Assembly: GCA_900234795.1 (NCBI GenBank)
Contig: LT962688.1
Span: forward strand, 930,001-962,000
DNA: 32,000 nucleotides
Reading direction: 5' to 3'
DNA from: Methylorubrum extorquens
Lineage (GTDB): Bacteria > Pseudomonadota > Alphaproteobacteria > Rhizobiales > Beijerinckiaceae
A program made the position numbers and the translations under genes. The notes below the pieces were generated by a model, which did not search any database, had not been told where the DNA came from, and worked only from the letters and a program-made list of their open reading frames with translations. The stretch's first letter is position 1; the number at the start of each line of letters is the position of its first letter. Below, one piece after another: positions 16,923 to 26,754 of the stretch.

Positions 16923-18466
16923 CTATCGGGCCCTCACCAGACGAGGCTCGCGTGGCACGCTCTCGGGGTGACCCGTCGGGCCAGAGGCACACCGGGTTTG
17001 GTTGCGCCCGCCTGCCTTCGCCTCGTAGAGGGCCGCGTCCGCCGCCCGGTACAGCGCCTCCGCCGGCTCCCTGGGCGAGCCGGAGCCGGTCGCGAGGCCG
17101 ATGCTCACCGTGACCGCGCCGGCTCCGATGCCGGCTGAGGGCAAGGTGAGCGCCGCAACCGCCTCGTGGACCTTACCGGCGATGCGCGAGGCACCTTCCT
17201 CGTCCGTGTCCGGCAGCAGCAGGACGAACTCCTCGCCGCCCACTCGGGCCACGAGGTCGTCGGGCCGGTTGACGCTCGCGGAAAGACAGCGGGCCAGCGC
17301 CTTCAGCACCTCGTCGCCGACGGCGTGGCCGTAGCGGTCGTTATAGCGCTTGAAGTGGTCGGCATCGACGATGAGCAGCGACAGCGGCTTGCCCTTATGC
17401 CACGCTCTCTTCCAGGCACGCTCCGACACCTCGTCGAAGCGGCGCCGGTTCGGCAAATCGGTCAGGGCATCGGTCCGCGACAGCCGGGCGAGTTCCGCCT
17501 GCAGCACAGCGCGGCGGCGAAGATCCCGTCCGTACAGCAGAGACAGGAACACGGTCAGGCCGCACAGAACCAGGACCACGCTGCTGATGACGAGGGCCTT
17601 GAGGCGCCAGCCGGCCTCGATGTCGCGAGTGGCGAGTGCCACGTTGAGGACAAGTGGCAGGTCGCCGACCCGGTTGAAGGTGTAGTGGCGCTCGACCCCG
17701 TCGCGCACCGAGGTGCCCACGAAGCTCCCGGAGCGCTCGGCCACGAACCGCCGGAAGGTCGAAGCACCGGCGATGTTCACGCCGATGTCCGCCTCCTCAT
17801 AGGGCTGGCGCATAAGGCGCGTGGCGTCGCGCAGGTAGAGATTGATCGCGCCGTCCCGACCGAGGCCGATCTGGTCGAAAAGGCGACTGAAGTAGTCGAG
17901 CTTGAGGCCCGCCAGGACCACCCCGCTGAAGGAGCCATCGGGCTTGTCGATGCGGCGGCTCAGCACCACGATGCGCGAACCCGTTAGTCGGGAGAACAGC
18001 GGCTTGCTGATGTGCAGGCCCAGGTTCGGATCGGCCTTGTGGGCCCGGAAGTAGTCGCGGTCGGCGTTGTTCAGACGGCGCGCTGGGACCGTCCCGGCGT
18101 CCAGGACACTGTCGCCGTGCTCGTCGAGGACGAGCATCACGCCGAGGTCGCGCGCGGTCCCGGCACGGTCGAACAGGACGAGCTGGCGCATCTCAGGGCT
18201 CAATGCGTCGAGGCCGGGGACCCGGAGATTGTCGACGACCGCCTGCAGGGGGAGAGATCGATGATCTCGACGTTGCGGGCGATGTCGCGCTCGATGACCT
18301 GGAGCAGGTTCTTCGAGGTCTGCTCAGCCTTGTCCCAAGCGTCCTGCCGCAGGTCGAGCAGCATCAGCCCGGAGACGACGAGCATGCCGACAGGGGCCAG
18401 CACGCCCAGCGCGATCCAGGTGCGGGCGGAGCGGAGCCGTCGCGCGAGGCGTGGCGGCAGGACCAT
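16923..18466 (-). pseudogene. membrane-bound Cache-like sensor diguanylate cyclase (GGEEF, I-site present) split by a frameshift at G5 run 18248-18252
   Basis: ORF 18200..18466 encodes the TM helix plus ...NLLQVIERDIARNVEIIDLSP. The frame of ORF 16923..18203 stays open upstream and reads LQAVVDNLRVPGLDALSPEMRQ... from codon 18248. Downstream are RDYF, a second TM, RPDDLVARVGGEEF (RxxD five residues before GGEEF) and a GGDEF domain. Confidence 0.8.
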
Positions 18467-19457
18467 CGGCGGGCTCTCCCAAGCTTCTTCGTCGTTGCTT
18501 GGTATCTGGAGCCTGCCGCCTCACCGGCGATTTCTCCGGACGCCGCTCCTGGCCCTTTAACGTTGTCGTGACTAACGCCGCGTTGAGGAGGCCACGAGGA
18601 TTCTCATCGTCCGCGGGACTCGGTTGCGCGGTGTTCGAGGCGGACACCGGGCGGTCGTCGACCCGCGGTCGCTGCCCGCTTCTACCCGGGGGCGTGGCCG
18701 AGACAGGAACGCTGGTATGGGCGACCCAGCGCAGGCCAACGCACGACGAGTTGGTCTGGGCCTGGCCCGCGCGGGAGGGAGCGGGTCCAGCCGAAATTGC
18801 ACGCGGCTGGTGGCAGCCGGCCATCGATATATTGCGCGAGGAGCGCCGCCGGACGGCATCCCTGGAACGCGCCTGTGCATCGCGTCGGTCCGGAGCGATG
18901 CGATCATGCTTATTGGACCGCGAACCGCTTAGCTTCACTGGCAGCGAACCTCATGATGATGTCGGCGAACCTACGTCTGAGAAGGGGCTGGTAGCCGGCC
19001 GAACGTCGCCTGCGCGGGGGCGGAAGCGGGAGGATTCAGGCGACTTGCTCCGAGTTGAAGGCTTTGTTGCCGGGCCAGCAGCCGTCCCCACGCCTGAGCG
19101 CTCTGAAGCCACGCTTCCACATCCGAGTCTGCTCACGCACCCACAGCGGACCTGCCGCCGCACGAGGGCGAATGTCTGCAAGTGGCGCATAGCTGAACAA
19201 TCGGCGTGCGAACTCCTGATTCTGAGTGGCCGTTCCACCTCGTAGCTCTGAGCGTCAGCTTCGATCTGAGGAGCGGAAGTGGTCGCGGGCAATCAGAACT
19301 CGGTACTCGCCCATGAGCAAAGCCGGCTAGCCGCCGAACCAATCGAAGCGGGTAGCACCGCATGGAGAGCTACGCCGCAGACGGAACAGATCCAAAACTC
19401 GGGCAGAAGCTCAGATTGCCGGCCTGCTCCGAGCCGAGGCGCAGATTGTGGCTCAGT

Positions 19458-20903
19458 TCAGATCTGGATCAGGCGGATGTTGTTGGTGTTGCCGGTGGTG
19501 TGGAACGGAATGCCGGCGGCGGCGACGACGATGTCGTTGGGCTTGGCAAAGCCCTCTTCCTGCGCGTGATGGCACGCCTTGGTGGTCATTTCCTCGTAGG
19601 AGTCGACATCATCGGTGCGGACACTGTGGGCTCCCCAGAGCAGGCTGAGGCGGCGGGAGGTGTCGATGTTCGGGGTGAGGGCCAGGATCGGCACGGCCGG
19701 GCGCTTGCGAGCAACGCGAGCGGCCGTCGTACCACTCTCCGTGTAGGTGATGATCGCACTGGCATGGACGGCCTCGGCGAGGGTGGCGGTGGCGGTCGCG
19801 ACCGCATGGGGCGGCGTCTCCTCCTCGCCCGGCTCCAGGGCCGCGATGATCGAGTGATAGAGCTTGTGTCCCTCCACGCTGCGGATGATGCGGTCCATCA
19901 TCGCCACGGCCTCGATCGGATAGCGGCCGGTGGCCGACTCCGCCGAAAGCATCACCGCATCCGCCCCGTCGTAGATGGCCGTAGCGACGTCCGATGCCTC
20001 GGCGCGGGTCGGCGCAGGCGCGTTAACCATTGAGTCGAGCATCTGTGTCGCCACCACGACCGGCTTCACCGCCAACCGGCAGGCGCGGATCAGCTCCTTC
20101 TGGCGGGCCGGTACGTCCTCGTGCGGGATCTCAACGCCGAGATCGCCGCGGGCCACCATCACGGCGTCCGAGAGCCGGATGATGTCCTCGATCCGCTCCA
20201 GCGCCTGCGGCTTCTCGACCTTCGTCATGATGCCGGCCCGGTCCCCGATCAGCGCACGCGCCTCAAGCACGTCGGACGGCTTCTGCACGAAGGAGAGCGC
20301 GATCCAGTCGACGCCGAGCTCGAGCCCGAAGGCAAGGTCGGCACGGTCCTTCTCAGTCAGCGGCGAGAGGTCCAGTAGCGTACCGGGCAGGTTCACGCCC
20401 TTGCGGTTCGAGACGGCTCCGCCCGTGATGACCTCGGCCTCGATCATGGCGGCCTCGATGCCAACGACGCGCACGCGCACGCGGCCGTCGTCGATCAACA
20501 GATCTTGGCCCGGCACGACGGCGGCGAAGATCTCGGGGTGATGCAGCGGGATCGCATCCTTGCCGCCTTCCGAGCCTTCGAGGACGAAGCGCACGCGCTC
20601 GCCCGCCGTGAGATCGAGGCGGCCGTCCCGCACGGTGCCGACGCGGATCTTCGGGCCCTGCAGGTCCTGCAGGATGCCGATGGGCCGCCCGACCTCGGCC
20701 TCTAGCGCGCGGATGGCGGCGTGAACCCGGGCGTGGTCGGCCTGTACCCCGTGGCTGAAGTTGAGGCGGAAGGTGTCGACGCCGGCGAGAAACAGGGCCT
20801 TCAGCATCTCCGGCGTGTTGGTCGCCGGGCCGACGGTGGCGACGATCTTGGCGTAGCGGTGACGACGCATGGTTCGCTCGGCCATAGGCGGCCGCCTCTG
20901 CAT
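19458..20903 (-). CDS. ttuE: pyruvate kinase (start may be ATG 20870)
   Basis: MRRHRYAKIVATVGPATNTPEMLKALFLAGVDTFRLNFSHG..., ...MVARGDLGVEIP... and the rest of the sequence give a full-length PK pattern. It is the last gene of the ttu-like operon. Confidence 0.9.
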   Translation of the reverse strand: MQRRPPMAERTMRRHRYAKIVATVGPATNTPEMLKALFLAGVDTFRLNFSHGVQADHARVHAAIRALEAEVGRPIGILQDLQGPKIRVGTVRDGRLDLTAGERVRFVLEGSEGGKDAIPLHHPEIFAAVVPGQDLLIDDGRVRVRVVGIEAAMIEAEVITGGAVSNRKGVNLPGTLLDLSPLTEKDRADLAFGLELGVDWIALSFVQKPSDVLEARALIGDRAGIMTKVEKPQALERIEDIIRLSDAVMVARGDLGVEIPHEDVPARQKELIRACRLAVKPVVVATQMLDSMVNAPAPTRAEASDVATAIYDGADAVMLSAESATGRYPIEAVAMMDRIIRSVEGHKLYHSIIAALEPGEEETPPHAVATATATLAEAVHASAIITYTESGTTAARVARKRPAVPILALTPNIDTSRRLSLLWGAHSVRTDDVDSYEEMTTKACHHAQEEGFAKPNDIVVAAAGIPFHTTGNTNNIRLIQI

Positions 20904-20909
20904 GAAGGG

Positions 20910-22169
20910 TCAGACAATCAAGATCGCGCGGAAGTCATTGACGTTGGTCAGGGTCGGCCCGGTGATGACCGCATCGCCTAAAGCCTCGAAGAAGCCGTGC
21001 CCGTCGTTCCGGTCGAGGCTGGTACGGAAGCTGAGCCCCAGGGCAGCCGCCCGGGTAGGTGTGTCGGGGCGGAGGATCGCGCCTGCGATTTCGTCGATAC
21101 CATCCACGCCGTCGATGTCGCCGGCAAGAGCATGGATGCAGGGAGGGCCGGCCAGTTCAGCGCCGAGTGCGAGCAGGAACTCGACGTTGCGGCCGCCCCG
21201 ACCGGCCCCGCGGATGGTGACCGTCGTCTCGCCGCCGGAGAGCAGGACGCAGGGCGCCGCCAGCGGCAGGCCGTGGGCGGCAACGCTCCTGGCGATGCCG
21301 GCCATGACCCGGCCGACCTCGCGTGCCTCGCCCTCGATGGCATCACTGAGGATCAGGGGCGCGACGCCTGCGCGCTGTGCGAGATCGGCGGCGGCTTCCA
21401 GCGCCATCAGCGGGGTCGCCACCATGCGCGGATCCGGCTTGTCGAGGCGAGGATCGCCGGGCTTCACCGACTCGCCGGCACCACTCTCCAGATGCGCTCG
21501 CACGGATGCCGGGATCTCGATGCGGTAGCGCGCGAGGATCGCCAACGCTTCCGCGCAGGTGGTCGGATCGGGGACCGTCGGTCCCGACGCGATATCGAGT
21601 GGATCATCGCCGGGCGTGTCGGAGATCAGGAGGGTCACGACCTTGGCCGGATGGCAGGCCGCCGCAAGCCGCCCGCCCTTGATTGCCGAGAGGTGACGCC
21701 GGACGCAGTTGATCTCGCCGATGTCGGCGCCGGACTTCAGCAGAGCGCGGTTTACCGCTTGCTTGTCCGCCAGGGTCAGACCTGGGGCGGGCAGCGACAG
21801 CAGCGCCGAGCCGCCGCCCGAGATCAGGCAAATTACGAGATCGCCGGCGTCGAGCCCAGCGACCCGGTCCAGGATGCTCCGCGCGGCGGTCTCTCCGGCC
21901 GCATCGGGCACGGGATGGCCCGCCTCGACCACCTCGATGCGCTGGGTTGGGGCGCCATGTCCGTAGCGCGTGACAACGAGCCCGGAGAGTTCGCCCGGCC
22001 ATGCCACCTCGACCGCTCGGGCCATCGAGGCGGCGGCCTTGCCGGCCCCGACCACCACGGTGCGACCGCGAGGCGGGTCCGGCAGGTGCCGAGACAGGCT
22101 GACGGCTGGATCGGCCGCCGCCACGGCAGCCCCGAAGAGCCGCCGCAGAAAATCGTCGGGCTCGACCAC
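20910..22169 (-). CDS. ttuD: glycerate 2-kinase / 'hydroxypyruvate reductase' (TtuD, MOFRL family)
   Basis: DFLRRLFGAAVAAADPA...GRTVVVGAGKAAASMARAVE...LISGGGSALL...LLSGGETTVTIRGAGRGGRNVEF is the characteristic TtuD/GckA pattern. Confidence 0.85.
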   Translation of the reverse strand: MVEPDDFLRRLFGAAVAAADPAVSLSRHLPDPPRGRTVVVGAGKAAASMARAVEVAWPGELSGLVVTRYGHGAPTQRIEVVEAGHPVPDAAGETAARSILDRVAGLDAGDLVICLISGGGSALLSLPAPGLTLADKQAVNRALLKSGADIGEINCVRRHLSAIKGGRLAAACHPAKVVTLLISDTPGDDPLDIASGPTVPDPTTCAEALAILARYRIEIPASVRAHLESGAGESVKPGDPRLDKPDPRMVATPLMALEAAADLAQRAGVAPLILSDAIEGEAREVGRVMAGIARSVAAHGLPLAAPCVLLSGGETTVTIRGAGRGGRNVEFLLALGAELAGPPCIHALAGDIDGVDGIDEIAGAILRPDTPTRAAALGLSFRTSLDRNDGHGFFEALGDAVITGPTLTNVNDFRAILIV

Positions 22170-22173
22170 GATC

Positions 22174-23250
22174 CTACTCGTTGTCGCCCTGCACGGCCGC
22201 GATCACCGCATCCGTGACCTGCCGGGTCGTTGCGTTACCGCCGAGGTCTGGCGTGTGCAGGTTCGGATCCGCGGTGACGCGCTCAACCGCCCGCATCAGC
22301 CGGTCGGCTGCCGGCTGCTCGCCGAGGTGCTCCAGCATCTGGCAGGCGGTCCAGAAGGTCGCGATCGGGTTGGCGATGCCCTTGCCGGTGATGTCGAAGG
22401 CCGAGCCGTGGATCGGCTCGAACATCGACGGGAAGGTGCGCTCCGGATTGATGTTGGCGGTCGGCGCGATGCCGAGCGAGCCGGCCAGCGCCGCGGCGAG
22501 ATCCGAGAGGATGTCGGCGTGCAGGTTCGTGGCGACAATCGTGTCCAGCGTCTCCGGCTTCATCGTCATGCGCATAGTCATGGCGTCGACAAGCATCTTG
22601 TCCCAGGTGACATCGGGGAAGTCCCTCGCAACCTCAGCCGCAATCTCGTCCCACATGACCATGGCGTGGCGCTGCGCGTTCGACTTCGTCACCACGGTCA
22701 GCAGCTTGCGCGGGCGGGACTGCGCCAGTTTGAAGGCGAAGCGGATGATCCGGTCGACGCCCGAGCGGGTCATCATCGAGACGTCGGTGGCAACCTCGTT
22801 GGCATGGCCCTGGTGGACACGCCCGCCCACGCCGGCATACTCGCCCTCCGAGTTCTCGCGCACGATCACCCAGTTCAGCTCCGGACCGCTGACGTGGCGC
22901 AGCGGGCTGGTGATCCCCGGCAGGATGCGGGTGGGGCGAACATTGGCGTACTGGTCGAAGGGCTGGCAGATGGCGAGCCGCAGGCCCCAGAGCGTGATGT
23001 GGTCCGGCACGTCCGGCGCGCCGACCGCGCCGAAGAAGATCGCATCGTGGTTCCGGATTTGCTCGCGGCCGTCCGCCGGCATCATCACGCCGTGCTTCTT
23101 GTAGTAGTCCGAGCCCCAGTCGAAATGGTCGAACTTGAACCGGAAACCGCCGGTCTTCTCGGCGAGCGCGTCGAGTACCTCGATGCCGGCGGCGATGACC
23201 TCGATGCCGATACCGTCGGCGGGGATGGCGGCGATGTTGTAGGTCTTCAT
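22174..23250 (-). CDS. ttuC: tartrate dehydrogenase/decarboxylase (isocitrate/isopropylmalate dehydrogenase superfamily)
   Basis: MKTYNIAAIPADGIGIEVI...FDWGSDYYKKHGVMMP...FGAVGAPDVPDHITLWGLRL...NLHADILSDLAAALAGSLGIAP. Confidence 0.85.
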   Translation of the reverse strand: MKTYNIAAIPADGIGIEVIAAGIEVLDALAEKTGGFRFKFDHFDWGSDYYKKHGVMMPADGREQIRNHDAIFFGAVGAPDVPDHITLWGLRLAICQPFDQYANVRPTRILPGITSPLRHVSGPELNWVIVRENSEGEYAGVGGRVHQGHANEVATDVSMMTRSGVDRIIRFAFKLAQSRPRKLLTVVTKSNAQRHAMVMWDEIAAEVARDFPDVTWDKMLVDAMTMRMTMKPETLDTIVATNLHADILSDLAAALAGSLGIAPTANINPERTFPSMFEPIHGSAFDITGKGIANPIATFWTACQMLEHLGEQPAADRLMRAVERVTADPNLHTPDLGGNATTRQVTDAVIAAVQGDNE

Positions 23251-23291
23251 AGGACGTATCCTCTCTTGCTCTTGAAGGATGTGTGGAGGGA

Positions 23292-24590
23292 TCAGCGCGC
23301 GACGGCGCCGGCCGGCTCAGGACGCCGCCCGGTTCGGGCGACGATGAGGGTGACGACGGCAGAAAGGATCAGCAGCCCGGCGACGAAGATCAGGCCGCCG
23401 GTGAAGCTGCCGGTCCGATCCTTGATCCAGCCGATCGCCCAGGGACCGACGAAGCCGCCGAGATTGCCGATCGAGTTGATCGTGGCAATGCCGACAGCCG
23501 CCGCCGAGCCCGACAGGAACATTGTCGGCATGGCCCAGAGCGGCGGCTTTGCCGCACTGATGCCGACGTTGACGAGGCTGAGCGCGGCGATGACCGCGAC
23601 GGCCGAGGATGCACCGCCAGCTAGCATCAGGCCGACGGAGGCGACGAGGCAGGCGATGACCACGTGCCAGGTGCGCTCGCCCGTCCGGTCGGAATGGCGG
23701 GCCCACAGGATCATCGCGATGATCGCGATGGTCGGCGGCACGCCGTTGAGAAAGCCGACCGCCATGGTGGACAGGCCGAAGCTCTTGATAATCTGCGGCG
23801 CCCAGATGCCGAGGGTGTAGAGCCCCGCCGAGGTGCCGAAATAGATGAGCGCGAGCGCCAGCACGCGGGGATCGGCCATCCCGGCCAGGATGCCGTGCTT
23901 GGCGCTGACCTGCTTGCGGGCATGCTCCTCGTTCATCTCCGCGACGAGCCAGGCGCGCTGCTCGTCGGAGAGCCACCGCGCCTTCTCGGGGCGGTCGGTC
24001 ATGTAGAACAGCACGACCACGCCGAGCACCACGGCGGGCACGGCCTCAATGAGGAACATCCATTGCCAGCCATGAAGGCCCAGGACGCCTTCCATCCCGA
24101 GCAGGGCGCTGGAGATCGGCGAGCCGAGCACCACCGAGATCGGCGCCGCCGCCATGAACAGCGAGACGACTCCGGCCCGGTACCGGGTCGGGAACCAGTA
24201 GCTCAAGTAGAGGATAATGCCGGGGAAGAAGCCGGCCTCGGCCGCACCGAGCAGGAAGCGCAGCGTGTAGAAGCTGTACTCGCCTTGCACGAAGGCGAAG
24301 GCTCCCGAGATGATCCCCCAGGTGATCATCACCCGCGCGATCCAGATCCTGGCACCGACTTTGTCGAGGATGATGTTCGAGGGCACCTCGAACAGGAAAT
24401 ATCCGAAGAAGAAAATGCCGGCGCCGAAGCCGAATACGGCCGATGAGAAGCCGAGATCCTTGTTCATCGTCAGCGCGGCAAAGCCGATGTTCACGCGATC
24501 GATGAAGGCGATGAAGTAGAGAAGGCAGATAAAAGGAACCAGGCGCCATGCGACTTTGCGCATGGTTGCCCGCTCGAGCGAGGCGTCCAT
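23292..24590 (-). CDS. ttuB: MFS transporter, TtuB-like putative tartrate transporter
   Basis: ATG 24590 is preceded by AGGAGGAAACG. MRKVAWRLVPFICLLYFIAFIDRVNIGFAALTMNKDLGFSSAVFGFGAGIFFFGYFLFEVPSN is typical of the TtuB/anion-cation symporter group. The product has about 12 hydrophobic segments. Confidence 0.8.
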   Translation of the reverse strand: MDASLERATMRKVAWRLVPFICLLYFIAFIDRVNIGFAALTMNKDLGFSSAVFGFGAGIFFFGYFLFEVPSNIILDKVGARIWIARVMITWGIISGAFAFVQGEYSFYTLRFLLGAAEAGFFPGIILYLSYWFPTRYRAGVVSLFMAAAPISVVLGSPISSALLGMEGVLGLHGWQWMFLIEAVPAVVLGVVVLFYMTDRPEKARWLSDEQRAWLVAEMNEEHARKQVSAKHGILAGMADPRVLALALIYFGTSAGLYTLGIWAPQIIKSFGLSTMAVGFLNGVPPTIAIIAMILWARHSDRTGERTWHVVIACLVASVGLMLAGGASSAVAVIAALSLVNVGISAAKPPLWAMPTMFLSGSAAAVGIATINSIGNLGGFVGPWAIGWIKDRTGSFTGGLIFVAGLLILSAVVTLIVARTGRRPEPAGAVAR

Positions 24591-24630
24591 CGTTTCCTCC
24601 TGTAGGCAAGCATGCGTTGGTCTCTGTGTG

Positions 24631-24650
24631 CCAACTTGCATGCAAGATGG
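24631..24650. promoter_or_regulatory. candidate operator palindrome in the ttuB / gntR divergent region
   Basis: Perfect 12-bp palindrome CTTGCATGCAAG (24635-24646), 18/20 when extended. A related CTTGCATGGAAG lies at 24697-24708 and GCATGC at 24610-24615. A lone 12-bp palindrome is not statistically unusual in 32 kb. Confidence 0.3.
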
Positions 24651-24740
24651 CATTAGGTGCGCTTATTCTCGCATTCGTGTCAACCCCGCATTGCACCTTG
24701 CATGGAAGCTGGTACGAAGAACTGTAAGGCGGAGGGTGCG

Positions 24741-25457
24741 ATGTCGCGGACGCGGGGGGCTTCAAAAGTGGCGCAGAATCAGGAGGTTGAACGTCGTCCC
24801 TCTTTGGTCGACGACGCTTACGCGGCCCTGAAGCAGGCAATCCAAGACTCGAGCTTCGCGCCTGGCTACCAAGCGTCGGAGCAGGAGATCGCCCTTCGCC
24901 TCGGGATGAGCCGTACGCCCGTGCACGAGGCGGTGATTCGCCTGCAGGAAGACGGGCTGGTGCGCGTGCTATCCCGGCGCGGCGTCCTGATTTGCGCCCT
25001 GGCGCCAGAGGACATGCGGGAGATCTATGACGTCATCATCGCCGTCGAAGGCCGCGCGGCCGAACTGCTGGCCTCTCTTCCTGACGCCGAACGCGAGGCC
25101 GTGGCTTCCGAGTTGGCCGGCTACACGGAAGAGATGGCTCAGGCTTGGCAGGCTGGCGACCTTCCGACCTGGGGCCAAGCGGATGCCCGCTTCCACCGGG
25201 TTCTCGTCGAGCGGGCAGGCAACGGGCGAATGACCCGGATCATCCAGACCATCAACGACCAATCCCATCGCGCGCGGATGCTGACGCTCAAGCTCCGTCG
25301 CGAACTTGGAGCCTCCGTGGCCGAGCACCGCGCGATCATCGATGCGATTCGGCATGGCAACCCGGCGAACGCTCAGGCTCGCGTCCACGACCATCGCCTA
25401 CGCGCCCGAGATGAGCTTCTGCCTCTACTGGAGAATTTCGGACTAAAGCATCTTTGA
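24741..25457 (+). CDS. GntR-family (FadR/FCD subfamily) transcriptional regulator
   Basis: ATG 24741 is preceded by GGAGGG. It has an N-terminal winged HTH (...SEQEIALRLGMSRTPVHEAVIRLQEDGLVRVLSRRGV) and a helical C-terminal FCD-like domain. It is divergent from ttuB. Confidence 0.8.
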   Translation: MSRTRGASKVAQNQEVERRPSLVDDAYAALKQAIQDSSFAPGYQASEQEIALRLGMSRTPVHEAVIRLQEDGLVRVLSRRGVLICALAPEDMREIYDVIIAVEGRAAELLASLPDAEREAVASELAGYTEEMAQAWQAGDLPTWGQADARFHRVLVERAGNGRMTRIIQTINDQSHRARMLTLKLRRELGASVAEHRAIIDAIRHGNPANAQARVHDHRLRARDELLPLLENFGLKHL

Positions 25458-25654
25458 GCCGTCCATCCTGCCTTTGCAGCTGATGGCAATCTCATGGCGT
25501 GGCTTACGAAGGTCGGCACGCGTTGGAGGAGCGGACGTTTAGTCCCTCAAGCGTGGAAGTCCGCTGATGGCGCACAGCCGAACCAACGGCATGCGAACCC
25601 ACATCCCTAACTGAGCCTTGAAGTGGAAGGCCGCAGCCGGTCCACGAAACCCGA

Positions 25655-26158
25655 TCAGCCCATCTTCGAGCGTGAAGCCGCGTTGATACGTTCCACGATG
25701 TCCTCGAAGATGTCGGGAGCATCATCGTCCAGGCTGATTGGCTGACCGCTCGTGTCGAACTCCACGATGGCCGTTGCGAGCCTCGCCCAATTGCACTCGT
25801 CGTTGGTCGGATCGTAGCTCGCCCTGGCGTTGATGGCACCGCGCCAGACATCGTCGCCCTCGATCTCGGCCAGGATCTCCTGGCACGAAAGCCACATCCC
25901 GGCATCTGGGTGCGACCGCTTCAGCTCGTCAAGAACCTGCAACGCGCTGTCGAAGCTCCCGAAGCTCAAGGCATAACGACGAGCAGGACGATCCGGCAGC
26001 CCGATGTGAATGGCGAACTCAGGCGCCTCTTCGAGCCAGTCCAGCATATTGTGGTCGTCGGTCTCGTAGTAGCTCTCCAACATGAAGTAGGTCGCGCGAG
26101 AGAGGTCGGCGCGCTGGGCCTGGTTGAGGTGGTTCAGGTTGAGGTGATTGTACGTCAT
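25655..26158 (-). CDS. orphan protein (167 aa), tandem paralog of 26248..26754
   Basis: ATG 26158 (MTYNHLNL...) lies within track ORF 25655..26341. It shares ...RP.RR...[AG].MWLSC.....AEI.G.D..RGAI.ARA.... with its neighbour. Confidence 0.6.
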   Translation of the reverse strand: MTYNHLNLNHLNQAQRADLSRATYFMLESYYETDDHNMLDWLEEAPEFAIHIGLPDRPARRYALSFGSFDSALQVLDELKRSHPDAGMWLSCQEILAEIEGDDVWRGAINARASYDPTNDECNWARLATAIVEFDTSGQPISLDDDAPDIFEDIVERINAASRSKMG

Positions 26159-26247
26159 CGAGAAAGGGTCTCTGAAATGTGCTGGCGCTTCTGTGGCGCT
26201 AGAGTTTGAAAACGAGGGGGTGATGTTGCGAAAAGCGCCGATCCCGA

Positions 26248-26754
26248 TCAGGCCGACAGGGGCTCGAAATACCGGGCAATCTGCCAGAAGACGTGATCGA
26301 GCCCGGCATCGAAATCGACCTTGCGGCCGTGAGTGTCGCATTCGTCGATGTACATCGCGACGGCGGCCCAGGCGCTGAACCGCGCCCCATCGTTGTTCAT
26401 CGCGGCGCGGGCCTTGATCGCGCCACGCAGGGGGTCAGGACCGACAATCTCTGCCCGGCCGTCCTCGCACGACAGCCACATTTTGGCGGTCGGATTGATC
26501 TGCTTGAGGTTCCAGAGGGTGACCGCGGCTCCTTCCGCGAAGGTCACATCCTGGAACAGCCACCGACGATCCGGACGGCCGTCACGGGTCACATGGACGA
26601 CGAAGCGACCGTCCTGCTCTGCCGCCTCGATTGAGGTCACCCGGTGTTGGCTCAAGCGGCAGATCTCCGCCTCGAGCGTGAAATCTGAGGCGTGCTTCAG
26701 ATCATCGATTTCGGCGTGCGAGAGCTTATCGAGTTCGGTGATGAAGTAGGTCAT
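26248..26754 (-). CDS. orphan protein (168 aa), tandem paralog of 25655..26158
   Basis: Track ORF; starts MTYFITEL... Confidence 0.6.
   Translation of the reverse strand: MTYFITELDKLSHAEIDDLKHASDFTLEAEICRLSQHRVTSIEAAEQDGRFVVHVTRDGRPDRRWLFQDVTFAEGAAVTLWNLKQINPTAKMWLSCEDGRAEIVGPDPLRGAIKARAAMNNDGARFSAWAAVAMYIDECDTHGRKVDFDAGLDHVFWQIARYFEPLSA

Noticed and set aside
18324-19363. Several overlapping 100-260-aa ORFs in the 18.5-19.4 kb gap.
   Set aside because: They are mutually exclusive, compositionally biased and motif-free. They are treated as non-coding or decayed (see the finding on 18467-19457).
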